The notes under the pieces are model-generated. The model saw only the letters and a program-made list of their open reading frames with translations, was not told the origin of the DNA and searched no databases. This document shows positions 27,950 through 38,647 of a stretch of 64,000 nucleotides of DNA, in pieces; the first letter of the stretch is position 1, and each line of letters starts with the position of its first letter. The stretch comes from an uncultured candidate division Zixibacteria bacterium (GTDB lineage Bacteria > Zixibacteria > MSB-5A5 > GN15 > PGXB01): NCBI GenBank assembly GCA_963702205.1, contig OY969724.1, forward strand, positions 3,712,001-3,776,000, given 5' to 3'. The position numbers and the translations under genes are program-made.

Positions 27950-30007
27950 TTATTGGTTTTTAAGCCGCTCCCGAAGCTCATTGAGCGTTCCGGCCGGGGC
28001 TTCACAGACGAAATTGCGGCAAATATACGCCGCCGTCGGGCCCGACGACTCCCTGCCCTCCAGCAGCGGGATATTTTCCGAACCGTTGTCGGATACGACT
28101 ATAACTCTATTGGGATGATAGAATTTAAAAATCTGGTCCATAAAGACTCCTCGGCTTTCCGTTCCGACCACGACAATCTCGACCTGCTCCGAAAACAGCA
28201 TAAATAAAGCCTGCACCGCCGCCACCATAGCGTACGGAAGCTGCTCTATATTTCCGGCCAGCACCCCCAGTGATTTTTCCGCCTGTCGTCTTAATTTCTC
28301 GTTGCCGGTGATGACTGATAGACGAATCAGCCCCTGGATCAAGACCGAGCCGGGTGACGGGATAGCACCATCGTGGACGTCCGACGGCCGCATGAAATGG
28401 TCTTTCTGATCATCGGGAGCCAGATAGAAGCGGCCCGATTCATCGGCAAACTGCCCGACCGCTCTTTCGGCCAGTCTGGATGCTAATTCAATCCAGCCAA
28501 AATCATAAGTTATTTCATACAGGTCGATCAAAGCCGGAATGAGATAGGCATAATCTTCGAGAAATTCCCCATCGGATGTTTTACCATTTCGATATGAATG
28601 CAACAAGCGTTCGTCGCGGTACATTTCTTTCTTGATAAACCGCGCCGCTTTGACAGCCGCCTCACGGTATTTTTCGTTACCGGTGATCTGAAAGCCCCGG
28701 CAAAAACCGGAAATGGTCAGCGCGTTCCACGAAACTAGAATTTTATCGTCGGTACCGGGCCGGACGCGCTCCTGACGCAGGTCGAACAGCACTTTCTTAC
28801 TCTCTTCAATAATAGCGTCAGACCGCTCCGGACCGCCTTCGAAATTTTCACGAGCCTCCTGCGAAAAATGATCTATGTTGAGAATATTGGTGCCGCTCTC
28901 GAAATTTCCGATATCGGAGATATTAAAGTACTTGCAGAATAGATGGGCCTTGTCTCCCAGTTCTTTTTCGATTTCCTGCTTGGTCCAGACGTAGAATTTC
29001 CCCTCCTGCCCCTCGCTGTCAGCATCAAGCGAGGAATAAAATCCGCCGGTTTGATCTGTCATTTCGCGGAGTATGAAATCGAGAGTCTCGGTTGCGACTT
29101 TTCGATAAAGCGTATTTTTCGTCAATTGACAGGCCTCGGCGTACGTGGCCGCCAAAATGGCGTTATCATAGAGCATTTTCTCGAAATGCGGTACCAGCCA
29201 TCGGGCGTCCACGGAATAACGGTGAAACCCGCCTCCGATTTGATCATAAATCCCACCGTACGCCATTTTGGTCAGCGACCGCTCTACAACAGTGAGCGTT
29301 TTCTTGTCACCGGACGTGGCATAGTGTTTTATTAAGAATCCGAATTCCGAGCCGTGCGGGAATTTTGGCTGCGCTCCAAAACCGCCGTTGATCGGGTCGA
29401 AATTATCACAGACATGCCGGACGACGTTCTCGATCTGGTTTTTGTCAAGTCCTGTTCGCGTCTCGCTCGATTCGGCGTTTTGCTCAAGCGCCTCGGTCAC
29501 CTGACCGGCGATCTGATCGACACGCTCCCGCTCATCGCTAAAAGCCTGGATGATTTGTATCAGCACGTTCTTGAATCCCGGCCGACCGTGGCTGTCTTCC
29601 GGAGGGAAATAAGTCCCGGCATAAAACGGCCTTAAATCCGGCGTCAAAAAAACCGACATCGGCCAGCCGCCGGAACCGGTCAAAGCCTGTGTCGCGGTCA
29701 TGTATATCCGGTCCAAGTCGGGCCTTTGTTCCCGGTCCACTTTGATTGCTACAAAATGCTCGTTCAAAATGGCGGCCGTTTCTTCGTCTTCGAACGATTC
29801 ATGCTCCATCACGTGACACCAGTGGCAGGCCGCGTAACCGATAGACAGAAAAATCGGCTTGTCCTCATGGCGCGATTTTTCGAGCGCTTTCTCACCCCAC
29901 GGGTACCAGTTGACCGGATTATGCGCGTGCTGCAGAAGGTACCGCGAGCTTTCTTCGATTAAAGCATTGCTTCGTTTTATGGTATTGGCGGAATGGTCGG
30001 GGTTCAT
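27950..30007 (-). CDS. YyaL/SSP411-type thioredoxin-domain protein
   Basis: [35 protein letters not shown] and [12 protein letters not shown]. Confidence 0.9.
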   Translation of the reverse strand: MNPDHSANTIKRSNALIEESSRYLLQHAHNPVNWYPWGEKALEKSRHEDKPIFLSIGYAACHWCHVMEHESFEDEETAAILNEHFVAIKVDREQRPDLDRIYMTATQALTGSGGWPMSVFLTPDLRPFYAGTYFPPEDSHGRPGFKNVLIQIIQAFSDERERVDQIAGQVTEALEQNAESSETRTGLDKNQIENVVRHVCDNFDPINGGFGAQPKFPHGSEFGFLIKHYATSGDKKTLTVVERSLTKMAYGGIYDQIGGGFHRYSVDARWLVPHFEKMLYDNAILAATYAEACQLTKNTLYRKVATETLDFILREMTDQTGGFYSSLDADSEGQEGKFYVWTKQEIEKELGDKAHLFCKYFNISDIGNFESGTNILNIDHFSQEARENFEGGPERSDAIIEESKKVLFDLRQERVRPGTDDKILVSWNALTISGFCRGFQITGNEKYREAAVKAARFIKKEMYRDERLLHSYRNGKTSDGEFLEDYAYLIPALIDLYEITYDFGWIELASRLAERAVGQFADESGRFYLAPDDQKDHFMRPSDVHDGAIPSPGSVLIQGLIRLSVITGNEKLRRQAEKSLGVLAGNIEQLPYAMVAAVQALFMLFSEQVEIVVVGTESRGVFMDQIFKFYHPNRVIVVSDNGSENIPLLEGRESSGPTAAYICRNFVCEAPAGTLNELRERLKNQ

Positions 30008-30205
30008 ATTGTATTCCTCAGAGTTATTAACTCCCCTCGGGAGAATATTTTTCGCGCAAGGGTAGCGGCCATTTGGGCGGCTACAACCTTCGCAACAGGA
30101 TTATAACTCTCAGTGTTCCGCAAGTGCGGTATTAATGAGAAATCAAAACATTCGATTATATGAAATCCAAAACAGACTTATTCGTCAGACGAATGAAGAG
30201 GGGAT

Positions 30206-31633
30206 TTAGCAGGCGCCTTTGGCTTTGATTACAGCAGGGATCGTTTTGATGATAAGTCCGGCATCCCCGGCAAGCGACCAGTTGTCGATATATTCCAGAT
30301 CCTGTCTCATCCAGTCGTCGAAATCGACTTCATTTCGCCCGTTAACCTGCCAGATACAGGTCAGTCCCGGCTTGACCGACAGCTTGCGCCGCTGCCAGGG
30401 CTGGAATTTTTCGACCTCGGACGGAAGCGGCGGGCGCGGCCCCACCAGCGACATATCGCCCTTGAAGACATTGTAAAATTGCGGGAGTTCATCGATAGAA
30501 AGCTTGCGTAGAATTCTGCCCGTTTTCGTGACTCTCGGATCATCTTTTATTTTGAAAACCGGTCCGGACATTTCGTTCAAATGCCTGAATTCGTCTTTCT
30601 TTCGGTCGGCGTCGGCCACCATAGTCCGCAACTTGATCATCTCGAACCGTCGGCCATTTATACCCGACCGCGTCTGCCGGAAAAAAACCGGACCTTTCGA
30701 TTCCAGACGAATCGCAATCGCGGCCAGGGCCAGAATCGGTAACGAGAGAATCATCCCGACCAACGCTCCGACCCGGTCCATTATTTCTTTGGCAAACAGA
30801 CGGTTGCGACAGGCCGGACTGCTCTGATAGAGAAACACCGGGGTCCCGTTCAAAGATGACGTATAGCACCGCGAAATTTTTTGACTGTAAATAAACGGAA
30901 GGATAATCATCCGTGTGCCGGTTGCTTCTATGCGTGCAAATTGCTCCTGACTCTTGACATAGTGCTCGGGCTCGGCGGCCATGATGACATAATCGACATG
31001 ATTTTTTAATATTATCCTTTCGATGTCATTGCCGTCGCCGATCAGCGGTATATCCCGATAGCGCCACAAACCGGTCTTTTGGAAATCAACGAAACCGATT
31101 ATGCGCGTATTCAAATCGGGATGTTTGAGGATAATATCGGCGGCGTTTTTGCCCCGGGCACCGGCGCCGATAATTACGGCGGTACGTTCCGAGGAGTCGG
31201 CCCGGCGAAGGCTCTGCGGCTGGATCAAGAGTTTATTATAAGTTATCCATAAAGAGTACAATCCAATTTGGAGGAGGAAGTTAATAGCCACGAATCCGGC
31301 GATCCCTTCGTTCTCGAAATGCCTCTCGAACAGGAAGGCAAGGGCACAGACGACAACGGCAAACAGCGCTTCCTTTTTAAGAAAAGCCGGGACATTGATT
31401 CGCTGGTAAGAAATCGGTTTTAATTCTGAAGCCGGCAATCGTACCGCCAGGACCAGGCGGATCGCGATGAATATCCCAGCCAGTTCCACCCAGTTAATAT
31501 TGTCGCTGTATTCAAGACTCGCCAAACCGGCCAGAAATACGGAGGTCGTGATCAGGCCAATTTTAATCAGTCTGTAGACGGTATCTTCGATATTTATGCG
31601 CGGAATCTTCAACAGCCCCTTCCCCATAAACAA
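30206..31633 (-). CDS. priming polyprenyl-phosphate sugar phosphotransferase (WcaJ/CpsE-like)
   Basis: Four TMs, then a CoA-binding-like domain, KLRTM, DDPRVT, SIDELPQ and MSLVGPRP. Confidence 0.9.
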   Translation of the reverse strand: MFMGKGLLKIPRINIEDTVYRLIKIGLITTSVFLAGLASLEYSDNINWVELAGIFIAIRLVLAVRLPASELKPISYQRINVPAFLKKEALFAVVVCALAFLFERHFENEGIAGFVAINFLLQIGLYSLWITYNKLLIQPQSLRRADSSERTAVIIGAGARGKNAADIILKHPDLNTRIIGFVDFQKTGLWRYRDIPLIGDGNDIERIILKNHVDYVIMAAEPEHYVKSQEQFARIEATGTRMIILPFIYSQKISRCYTSSLNGTPVFLYQSSPACRNRLFAKEIMDRVGALVGMILSLPILALAAIAIRLESKGPVFFRQTRSGINGRRFEMIKLRTMVADADRKKDEFRHLNEMSGPVFKIKDDPRVTKTGRILRKLSIDELPQFYNVFKGDMSLVGPRPPLPSEVEKFQPWQRRKLSVKPGLTCIWQVNGRNEVDFDDWMRQDLEYIDNWSLAGDAGLIIKTIPAVIKAKGAC

Positions 31634-31759
31634 AATGGTTCGAATCCCGACACTTGTTTTAGCCCCGTAAATTTTATCGGTCGAATTGAGGAGGCGACTT
31701 TCATCCTCCTGATTCGTATATGTTGGTTTTTCGTCAACTTCACCGATTTCTTTAAATTT

Positions 31760-32920
31760 TTATTTTCGCTCATTCAGGGATGTATCGAATCCCCTGGCTC
31801 TCAACATTATCCTGGCTTTTGGCTTAAGCCGGGTCCTGGTGGAATTTTGGGGTTCGTTTTCAAAAGCTTCTGTCAGCAAGGTTCCAAAGTCGCCCGATCT
31901 GACCGGAACCATAATGTACTTTTCGAGTTGGTCGTACCGTTCGAGCGATAGAGCGAAAATGTCATTGTTTGTTAATCTCTCAATTATTTCCGTGGGGCTA
32001 TCAGTCTTGATCAAAATATGACCCGACGGTGTAATTCGGCATGACGTCTGATTGGATCTCAACCGAACGGTCAGGTAAATCATGTATTCGTGAATACTGT
32101 TTATGCGTTCGTCGATACGATCCATATCCGCCAGAACCGCGGCCGCCGCGATATTGGCCAGAATATGCGGACTGTGGCCCAGGCGATAACGGTTCAACAT
32201 TTTAAGATTATCCGGATGTGACAGTACGAACCCGAACGGCTGAGCTTCGAGACCGTAAACCCCGCCAAACGAACGTACCACGAACAAATTGCGGTAACGC
32301 TTCACGAGATGGGCCAATGAGTACTGACGCAGCATCAAGGTGCTTTCGTCGACAATAACCATCGCCCGGCCGGCGTTATCGAGAAGGTAGCGCGCTTCGG
32401 AATCACTCAATACGGCACCGCCCGGAAGTGACGGCTGCCCGATATAAATCAGCCGAGAGAAATCATTGACCCTTTCTATCAACCGGTCGACGTTGACATC
32501 GAATGGGGTCGGATTATTAACTTTCGTAACTCGCACACCGAAGGAATCGGCGTGACTGGTAATTCCACTCATCGTCGGCGCCGCGATCAGGATTTCCACG
32601 CCCGGTTCAAGATACGTCCGGCAAATGGCTTCGAGAGCCACGTCGGCTCCGGCGTAGGTCTGAATATAATCATCCTCCAGGCCGCAGAATCCGGATAGGG
32701 TACGGTGCAGCTCATTTTCATCATATTCGAAATGCCGGAATGTTTCCTGTCCCGGATTTTTGAGAGCATCAAGAACTTTTTCGGTCGGCAGCCAAATCGT
32801 TTCGTGGGCCAACGATACTGCTTCGATATCGTCGCGAGCCTGAACACCTTTTACTGCGCTGCCAACGGCGGCGTCAACGTCGGCCGTTGTACCATTATGC
32901 TTGGAATCCGTTTGCACCAT
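31760..32920 (-). CDS. HisC-like class I/II aminotransferase-fold protein lacking the PLP lysine
   Basis: Fold landmarks GAD.AL, IVDE and VVRSF are present, but RSFGGVYGL replaces RTFSKAYGL. Confidence 0.65.
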   Translation of the reverse strand: MVQTDSKHNGTTADVDAAVGSAVKGVQARDDIEAVSLAHETIWLPTEKVLDALKNPGQETFRHFEYDENELHRTLSGFCGLEDDYIQTYAGADVALEAICRTYLEPGVEILIAAPTMSGITSHADSFGVRVTKVNNPTPFDVNVDRLIERVNDFSRLIYIGQPSLPGGAVLSDSEARYLLDNAGRAMVIVDESTLMLRQYSLAHLVKRYRNLFVVRSFGGVYGLEAQPFGFVLSHPDNLKMLNRYRLGHSPHILANIAAAAVLADMDRIDERINSIHEYMIYLTVRLRSNQTSCRITPSGHILIKTDSPTEIIERLTNNDIFALSLERYDQLEKYIMVPVRSGDFGTLLTEAFENEPQNSTRTRLKPKARIMLRARGFDTSLNERK

Positions 32921-33702
32921 CAGGACTGGTCTCCATCGGTTTTATTCGGTTTGCGATACAAATTCCTGATCGATGACATGACCGGCCCTATGGTTGCATC
33001 GACTATCTTGCCCAGAAGGCTGCTTCTGCCATCGTGACGTGCGGTCTTGACCACTGCCTCATCTCTTTCGGCACTGTACGCTTCATAGCGAAGCAGACGA
33101 GGAGCGTCAAGCAGGGTTTTTTTGATTTCATTAAGATCATTTGTATCGAAGTCTTCGATTTCGAGATAGGCCTTGCCGATATCGGCGATGCCGTGCGCAT
33201 TGCTCCCGGAACACACGGCCATTTCGGGATTCACCGTCAAAAATTTGCCGGTATCTGTAAGGTCTTCCGGGTCGGCCCCGTACGTGAACGCCTCGACCAG
33301 GTCGATCTGTCCGAGAATCTTTTCGAACTGCTCGCCATCGTAAATTTTTTCCTGGAACCGATGGCTCAAAAATCCTGACCCTTCCCGAAACGGATGCGGC
33401 ATCACAACCAAACCGTCCTGGGCGTGAATCTCGTCGATTATATCGAAAATATCCCGGCTGATAATTTCGCTTTGCAGAAACAGCCCGATAATATGTGTCC
33501 CCTGTATCGAGGTAATCTCCATGCCGGGAATAATCGTAATTTGGGGAGATAATTTTCCGACAAGTCCTATGGCCGACATCGTATCGTGGTCGGTGATCGC
33601 GATTGCATCGAGACCGGCCGCTTCGGCGGCGCGGATTATTTCGGCCGGTTCGCTCGACGAGTCGAACGAATGACTGGTATGAACGTGAAGGTCCAGTTTC
33701 AT
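32920..33702 (-). CDS. PHP-domain phosphoesterase
   Basis: DLHVHT, AITDHD, IPGMEI, PHPF and GSNAH. Confidence 0.85.
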   Translation of the reverse strand: MKLDLHVHTSHSFDSSSEPAEIIRAAEAAGLDAIAITDHDTMSAIGLVGKLSPQITIIPGMEITSIQGTHIIGLFLQSEIISRDIFDIIDEIHAQDGLVVMPHPFREGSGFLSHRFQEKIYDGEQFEKILGQIDLVEAFTYGADPEDLTDTGKFLTVNPEMAVCSGSNAHGIADIGKAYLEIEDFDTNDLNEIKKTLLDAPRLLRYEAYSAERDEAVVKTARHDGRSSLLGKIVDATIGPVMSSIRNLYRKPNKTDGDQS

Positions 33703-33738
33703 TTAATTGCCATCCATAGCATTTTTAGCTAACCGAAT

Positions 33739-33754
33739 TGCAATAGTGATGCCC
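33739..33754 (-). promoter_or_regulatory. sigma54 -24/-12 promoter candidate
   Basis: GGGCATCACTATTGCA (GG-N10-GC), upstream of the PHP-aminotransferase-sugar transferase genes. Confidence 0.55.
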
Positions 33755-33904
33755 GAAAGGGCTTTTTTGTTTCGATTCGGAACGATTTTTAAGAGACTTA
33801 ACCGCAACGGCTTATATTGGACAAAGGCAATGAATCTGGTGTAACCAGGAAGGAATTGTAAAGAATATTGAATATTTTTCCTTTATTGATGGAACGTAAT
33901 TCCA

Positions 33905-33950
33905 AAAATTAGGGCCGCCCGGCGGGAGTTACTTTTGCCGGGCGGCCCAA
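33905..33950 (-). terminator. intrinsic terminator
   Basis: GGGCCGCCCGGC-N14-GCCGGGCGGCCC followed by TAATTTTT on the minus strand, after the SLBB gene. Confidence 0.7.
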
Positions 33951-33978
33951 TTGGAAGGTGAGAATGGGTTGTTTGTCG

Positions 33979-36300
33979 TTATAGTCTGTCTATTATCAGG
34001 ACGGATGTCAACACTCCGCCCAGTATCGTCGCTACGGTTGAAGCCGATTTCAGCCAGTCATGCTGCTTCTTTATCTCGATCGGGACGAAGATTACGTCAC
34101 CGACGTCGACTTTCTTGTGCATGGTGCCGTTCCTGGCATATACCTGCCCATTGGCTTTAATAAGTTTAGTATCCGATTTTTGCGCCTGGCTGGTAAAATT
34201 CCCGGCCTGCTTTATATAATATTCAACCGACCTGTTATTATCGTACTTGATAGTCCCGTTCGAGGCGACCGCACCGATGACGGACACGCCGCTGGGGACT
34301 TCCGGTACGTATATATAATCGTTTTGCTGAAGCCTGATATCTCCCTCACGACCCTCGGTCGAGAAAATCTTATCGACGTCGACTATAATCCGGTTCATTT
34401 TATTCGGATCGAAGGTTCCCGTGTCGAGCTTGTGGACGTTGCCGATGGAATCCTCGACTAATGGCTGTGAGCTGGAAATTATCTCCGGTATGTTCTGACG
34501 TACCAGATCATTGCCTATCGATTTGCGCTGCAGGACCAATCCTCGGGGAAAAGCCCGTTCGGTAAACCCACCGGCACGTCGTAATAGATGGTACAAAGTT
34601 TCCTCACCCGATAGCAATGAATATCGTCCGGGGAAACGCACTTCGCCTTCGATATCGACCAAGCGGTGCAAAAACCAGTCGGGGATTTCACGGACAAACA
34701 GGCGGTCGTCTTCTTTCAGTTCGATCTGCCGCATTCGATCATCGGTGATATCTATGATCTGGGTCGTGATGGACCCGGCCTTATCGGTCCGGGCTAGTTC
34801 CACCCGGTACTTATAGGCGTTGCGCTTCAAATTCCCGGCCAGAAATATCAGGTCGTACACGGTCATACTGTCGTACAACCGGTATTTTCCGGGGTCTTTT
34901 ATCTCCCCGTCTATATAAACGTACTTGTTCCACTCGACTTCATCGATGCTGTAAACATAAAGCGAATCGAGGTCTTTCAATTTGTAGTCTTTTTCACCGT
35001 CCAGCACTTCTTTCAGATTGATCGGAATTATCTCAACCCGGCGGTCGGGGTACTTACGGAAGATATTGGCTCGGTCGAGATACACGTTGTCCGGCCGCAG
35101 TTCTCCCCGCGCGATCAGGTCCGATACGGTTGTCGAATCGGTCCGTTCGTACGTACCCGGGTGCTGCACCATCCCGCCGATTTTCACCACGTTGCGGTGA
35201 ACGTCGAAAACGGAAAAGACCGTGACTTTGTCGCCATCGGACAGACATATATCCGGATTTCGTTCTTTTTCATTAGGATTGAGATTGACATCGAGGACGA
35301 TCTTCTTGTTGTCGTCGGAAATCCTGTCCAGCATAATCCGGTCGAGAAAAGCCTCGGCGGTTGTCCCCCCGGCCAGATCAATCAATTGCTCGACCGTCTC
35401 GACCTCGGACAGCTCATAAATAGCCGGACGCTTTACCTCGCCGGTTATGGTGACGCGCGGCCCGGACACCGGAACAAAAATAGCATCGCCCGATTCCAGC
35501 CGGATATCGCCTTCCGCGTCGCCCTTTAATAAAAAGCTGTAAATATCAACCGTCTTTTCAAGATGATTGTTGCGGATCAGGCGGATATTGCGCAGCGATC
35601 CGCGCTCGTTCGGACCTCCAGCCAGGTACAGGGCATTAAATAAAGTCGTCAGAGAACTGACCGTGTACGCACCGGGTTTCTTGACTTCGCCGGTAAGGTA
35701 CACCCGGATCGAGCGTATCTTGCCCAGCGAAACCGACGTTTTAAAATCCGTATATACCTTCGATAATTTCTGCTCGATATCGGAAGTGAAATCGGCAATG
35801 GTCATGCCCCAAGCCGTGGTCGTCCCGATCTTGGGAATGAACACGTTACCCTGCCGGTCGATAGTAAGATTGTACTCTTTTTCGACCCGCCCCCATATGT
35901 TGATGATAATATTGTCACCGGGACCGAGGACATAATCCGAAGCCGCGGCCACGTCGATCGGTCGCGACAGCTCATTCGGCGAATTGAACAGATCGTATCC
36001 GAACGGCCGAAGATTTTTGGGATTGTCTTTATGCGGCGTTGCCGTTGTCTCCGCTATTGAGGGTGTCTTGATTTCCGGCGTTTCCGCATCGGTGGAAGTT
36101 CCGGCCGCTTCATCGGTGGTGAAATAGTCGGGGCTGTTGTAGGTCGAAGTTGATTTTTCGGTCGGCAGGCTGCCGGGATTTTCCTTCAGATAGGCGTTTA
36201 TCAGGCTGTCGTCGACATTTTCATTGCAGAACGCCGGTCGAAACCAGGTTATCGACATGAGGATCAGTACAAATAAAGCCAGTAAAATTAACTTCTTCAT
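33979..36300 (-). CDS. polysaccharide export protein with multiple SLBB domains (Wza/KpsD-like)
   Basis: PFGYDLF, DYVLGPGD and repeated V.GEV..PG.Y/AGG units. Signal peptide and C-terminal amphipathic helix. Confidence 0.9.
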   Translation of the reverse strand: MKKLILLALFVLILMSITWFRPAFCNENVDDSLINAYLKENPGSLPTEKSTSTYNSPDYFTTDEAAGTSTDAETPEIKTPSIAETTATPHKDNPKNLRPFGYDLFNSPNELSRPIDVAAASDYVLGPGDNIIINIWGRVEKEYNLTIDRQGNVFIPKIGTTTAWGMTIADFTSDIEQKLSKVYTDFKTSVSLGKIRSIRVYLTGEVKKPGAYTVSSLTTLFNALYLAGGPNERGSLRNIRLIRNNHLEKTVDIYSFLLKGDAEGDIRLESGDAIFVPVSGPRVTITGEVKRPAIYELSEVETVEQLIDLAGGTTAEAFLDRIMLDRISDDNKKIVLDVNLNPNEKERNPDICLSDGDKVTVFSVFDVHRNVVKIGGMVQHPGTYERTDSTTVSDLIARGELRPDNVYLDRANIFRKYPDRRVEIIPINLKEVLDGEKDYKLKDLDSLYVYSIDEVEWNKYVYIDGEIKDPGKYRLYDSMTVYDLIFLAGNLKRNAYKYRVELARTDKAGSITTQIIDITDDRMRQIELKEDDRLFVREIPDWFLHRLVDIEGEVRFPGRYSLLSGEETLYHLLRRAGGFTERAFPRGLVLQRKSIGNDLVRQNIPEIISSSQPLVEDSIGNVHKLDTGTFDPNKMNRIIVDVDKIFSTEGREGDIRLQQNDYIYVPEVPSGVSVIGAVASNGTIKYDNNRSVEYYIKQAGNFTSQAQKSDTKLIKANGQVYARNGTMHKKVDVGDVIFVPIEIKKQHDWLKSASTVATILGGVLTSVLIIDRL

Positions 36301-36347
36301 CTCAACCTTCCTTGTAATTCATCATAACTCCATTCTCACTGAACCGT

Positions 36348-36365
36348 AAATCAAAGATCGTGCCA
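36348..36365 (-). promoter_or_regulatory. sigma54 -24/-12 promoter candidate (-12 GA variant)
   Basis: TGGCACGATCTTTGATTT, nearly identical to 55728-55745. Confidence 0.6.
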
Positions 36366-36531
36366 TTTTGTCGCCGGATGTAACCTGTTATAAGACATCA
36401 CATTTTGATAAAGAACAAGCTAAGTAAAGTTGAAGCTGGGAAGATTTTGGCCGATGACCTCGGAAAAATTTTCGTGTTAATCCGATCAATTTGGTCTTTT
36501 ATATTCGGCCGATTTTATTATAATAGGACCT

Positions 36532-37014
36532 ATGGACAACAAACCTGTTTATCTGTCAAAAGACGGACTTCGCAAACTCGAAGTGGAGTTGAAGAAGCTC
36601 AAGTACAAGGATCGGCCGGAGATTATTTCCGAAATCAAGCGGGCTCGGGAGTTGGGTGATTTAAGCGAAAATGCCGAATATCACGCCGCCAAAGAAGCCC
36701 AAACCCATATTGAAAGAAAAATCGCCGAACTGGAAGACAAGCTGAGTCGTGCCAGAACTCTCGACACGGATAACATTCCGTCGGACAAGGCTTATATTTT
36801 CGCCAGGGTTACGATTAAGGATTTGAAAAAGGGATTTGAAATCGAGTATACGCTGGTGCCGCCGGACGAGGCCGACGTCGACAACGACATGATTTCCACG
36901 ATGTCACCGGTTGGTGCGGCACTTCTCGGCAAGGGGGTCGGCGAAAAAATCGATATTAAAGTCCCGGCCGGACTTCTGCAGTACGAAATCATTAAGATCT
37001 CACGCGATCAATAA
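36532..37014 (+). CDS. greA: transcription elongation factor GreA
   Basis: ARELGDLSENAEYHAAKE and IS..SPVG.ALLGK. Confidence 0.95.
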   Translation: MDNKPVYLSKDGLRKLEVELKKLKYKDRPEIISEIKRARELGDLSENAEYHAAKEAQTHIERKIAELEDKLSRARTLDTDNIPSDKAYIFARVTIKDLKKGFEIEYTLVPPDEADVDNDMISTMSPVGAALLGKGVGEKIDIKVPAGLLQYEIIKISRDQ

Positions 37015-37043
37015 AAAAATCCCCGGCCGTATTCGCCGGGGAT
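37013..37043. terminator. intrinsic terminator between convergent genes
   Basis: AAAAAA-ATCCCCGGC-CGTATTC-GCCGGGGAT. Confidence 0.7.
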
Positions 37044-37067
37044 GCATTTCTTCCTTAATGTCTGGAT

Positions 37068-37262
37068 TTATTCTTCGTAGTCGTAAACTTCAAGATCCAG
37101 ATCGTCCTGGTCGTACTCACCGTCTTCAGCATCATCAAGATAGGTGTCGTCATCTTCTTCTATTTCGGACGCCATGTTGGCGCATTCGACCGAACAGAAG
37201 AACTCTCCGTCCTGCTTGATAGGGTTGCCATTGATGTGCTCGCCGCAAAATTCACAGCGCAT
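37068..37262 (-). CDS. small Cys4 metal-binding (TRASH/MYM-like) protein with acidic tail
   Basis: CEFC...FCSVEC followed by a D/E-rich tail. AGGAGG SD. Confidence 0.65.
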   Translation of the reverse strand: MRCEFCGEHINGNPIKQDGEFFCSVECANMASEIEEDDDTYLDDAEDGEYDQDDLDLEVYDYEE

Positions 37263-37507
37263 CTTTCATCCTCCTAAGCCTGATTGCAACGCTGTCTTCC
37301 GGGACTTAACAGGTCAATATCCCGGTCGGGTGGACAAAAATTTCAAAGACCCATAAACACGCTTTGAATTAATCTTTCGTCATATATGACGACAAATAAA
37401 GCATTCCGGATTATTTTTTTTCAAGAATTTTTTTATTGTTTTCAAAAAATTTTTTGCGGCCCCCATATACCACAAAAGCCCCCTTTTTAACCTGTAAAAG
37501 TGCGGAT

Positions 37508-38023
37508 TTAAACCTCCGGCGGCTGACCGCCGAAATTGGCCCATTCCTCTTTTGACGGCCCGTAAATTCCGGGGACTTTCAGCCCGGCCTGGCGCATCAG
37601 AACCGTCATCTGGCCCACATGATGTATCTCGTGGTCAATCAATATCTTAAGTGACATACCGCGCTTCCACTTCTCGCCATACATATCGTCCTCGACCATC
37701 ATGTCTTCGTCCTTCCACCCTTTAACCTGTTCGGTCAACGAGCCAGCCAATGCCTTGTAGCCCTTGACAATGTCGGCCGCTTTGGCCGGAATCGGGTCTT
37801 TCTCGGCCGGACCCTCGAGCTTCATCCCCAGATGCGATGGCATTTCGGCGATGGTCGTAACCACGTGCCAGGCCACCCGGCCCAGAGTGCGGTTTTCGCC
37901 GGTTATCGCCTGTTTCAGGCTGTCGTCGGAGAGTGTTTCAAGAATTTTGATGGTCCTCCCAGAATGGGCCTCCCACGTTTTGACGAACGAATCGACCGAC
38001 GTGAACATCAGATTTCCAAACAT
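37508..38023 (-). CDS. DinB-family protein
   Basis: RTLGRVAWHV, HEIHHVGQMTVLMRQAGL.VPGIYGP. Confidence 0.9.
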   Translation of the reverse strand: MFGNLMFTSVDSFVKTWEAHSGRTIKILETLSDDSLKQAITGENRTLGRVAWHVVTTIAEMPSHLGMKLEGPAEKDPIPAKAADIVKGYKALAGSLTEQVKGWKDEDMMVEDDMYGEKWKRGMSLKILIDHEIHHVGQMTVLMRQAGLKVPGIYGPSKEEWANFGGQPPEV

Positions 38024-38218
38024 ATTAATATACCTCGCTTAAACAGGTTTCAGATTATCCGGTTTTGGTTATTATACGCCCCGGTGTTCCGGCTGACAAT
38101 CACTTTGTTTTTTGCGGAGATAATATCTTTCGCTCTTAATTATATTTGTTACTTATTATTATCTTTAATTATCATTATTTGGTAAAAGAATATACAGCCT
38201 TAAAAATATAGAGGGATT

Positions 38219-38647
38219 ATGATTAAAATATTATTACCGATTCTGGCAATCGCGATCTTTTTTGCACCAGCAATTTCGGCCGATGAAATCGTGCCGGTTA
38301 TTTCAATCGACAGCCTCCCTCCGTCGGTGATTACAACCGTACCCCAATTCGGCGATACCGCGGTGGACCCCGGCCTGAAAGAAATCCGCGTGACATTCAG
38401 CAAAGAAATGAAAGTGACCGGCCACTGCTGGTCATGGTGCTCGATACAAGACGGCGCCTTTCCTAAGCTCGACGGGAAAACGGAATTCCTGCCGGACAAT
38501 CGCACCTGCGTCCTCCATGTGTCGCTCGAGCCGGAAAAAACCTATGCCATCTGGATAAACACCGATCAGTACCATTCTTTCCAGGACCCGCAAGGCCACA
38601 CCGCCGTGCCATACCTGCTGGTTTTTAAGACGGCCACAGTCAAGTAG
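38219..38647 (+). CDS. secreted Ig-like (Big_5-type) domain protein
   Basis: Signal peptide, PP.V..TVP..G...VDP, IRVTFS..M and YLLVFKT. Confidence 0.7.
   Translation: MIKILLPILAIAIFFAPAISADEIVPVISIDSLPPSVITTVPQFGDTAVDPGLKEIRVTFSKEMKVTGHCWSWCSIQDGAFPKLDGKTEFLPDNRTCVLHVSLEPEKTYAIWINTDQYHSFQDPQGHTAVPYLLVFKTATVK

Noticed and set aside
33751..33768. GCCC-GAAA-GGGC-TTTTTT terminator-like hairpin on the + strand
   Set aside because: No + strand gene lies upstream and it overlaps the sigma54 -24 box, so no function could be assigned.
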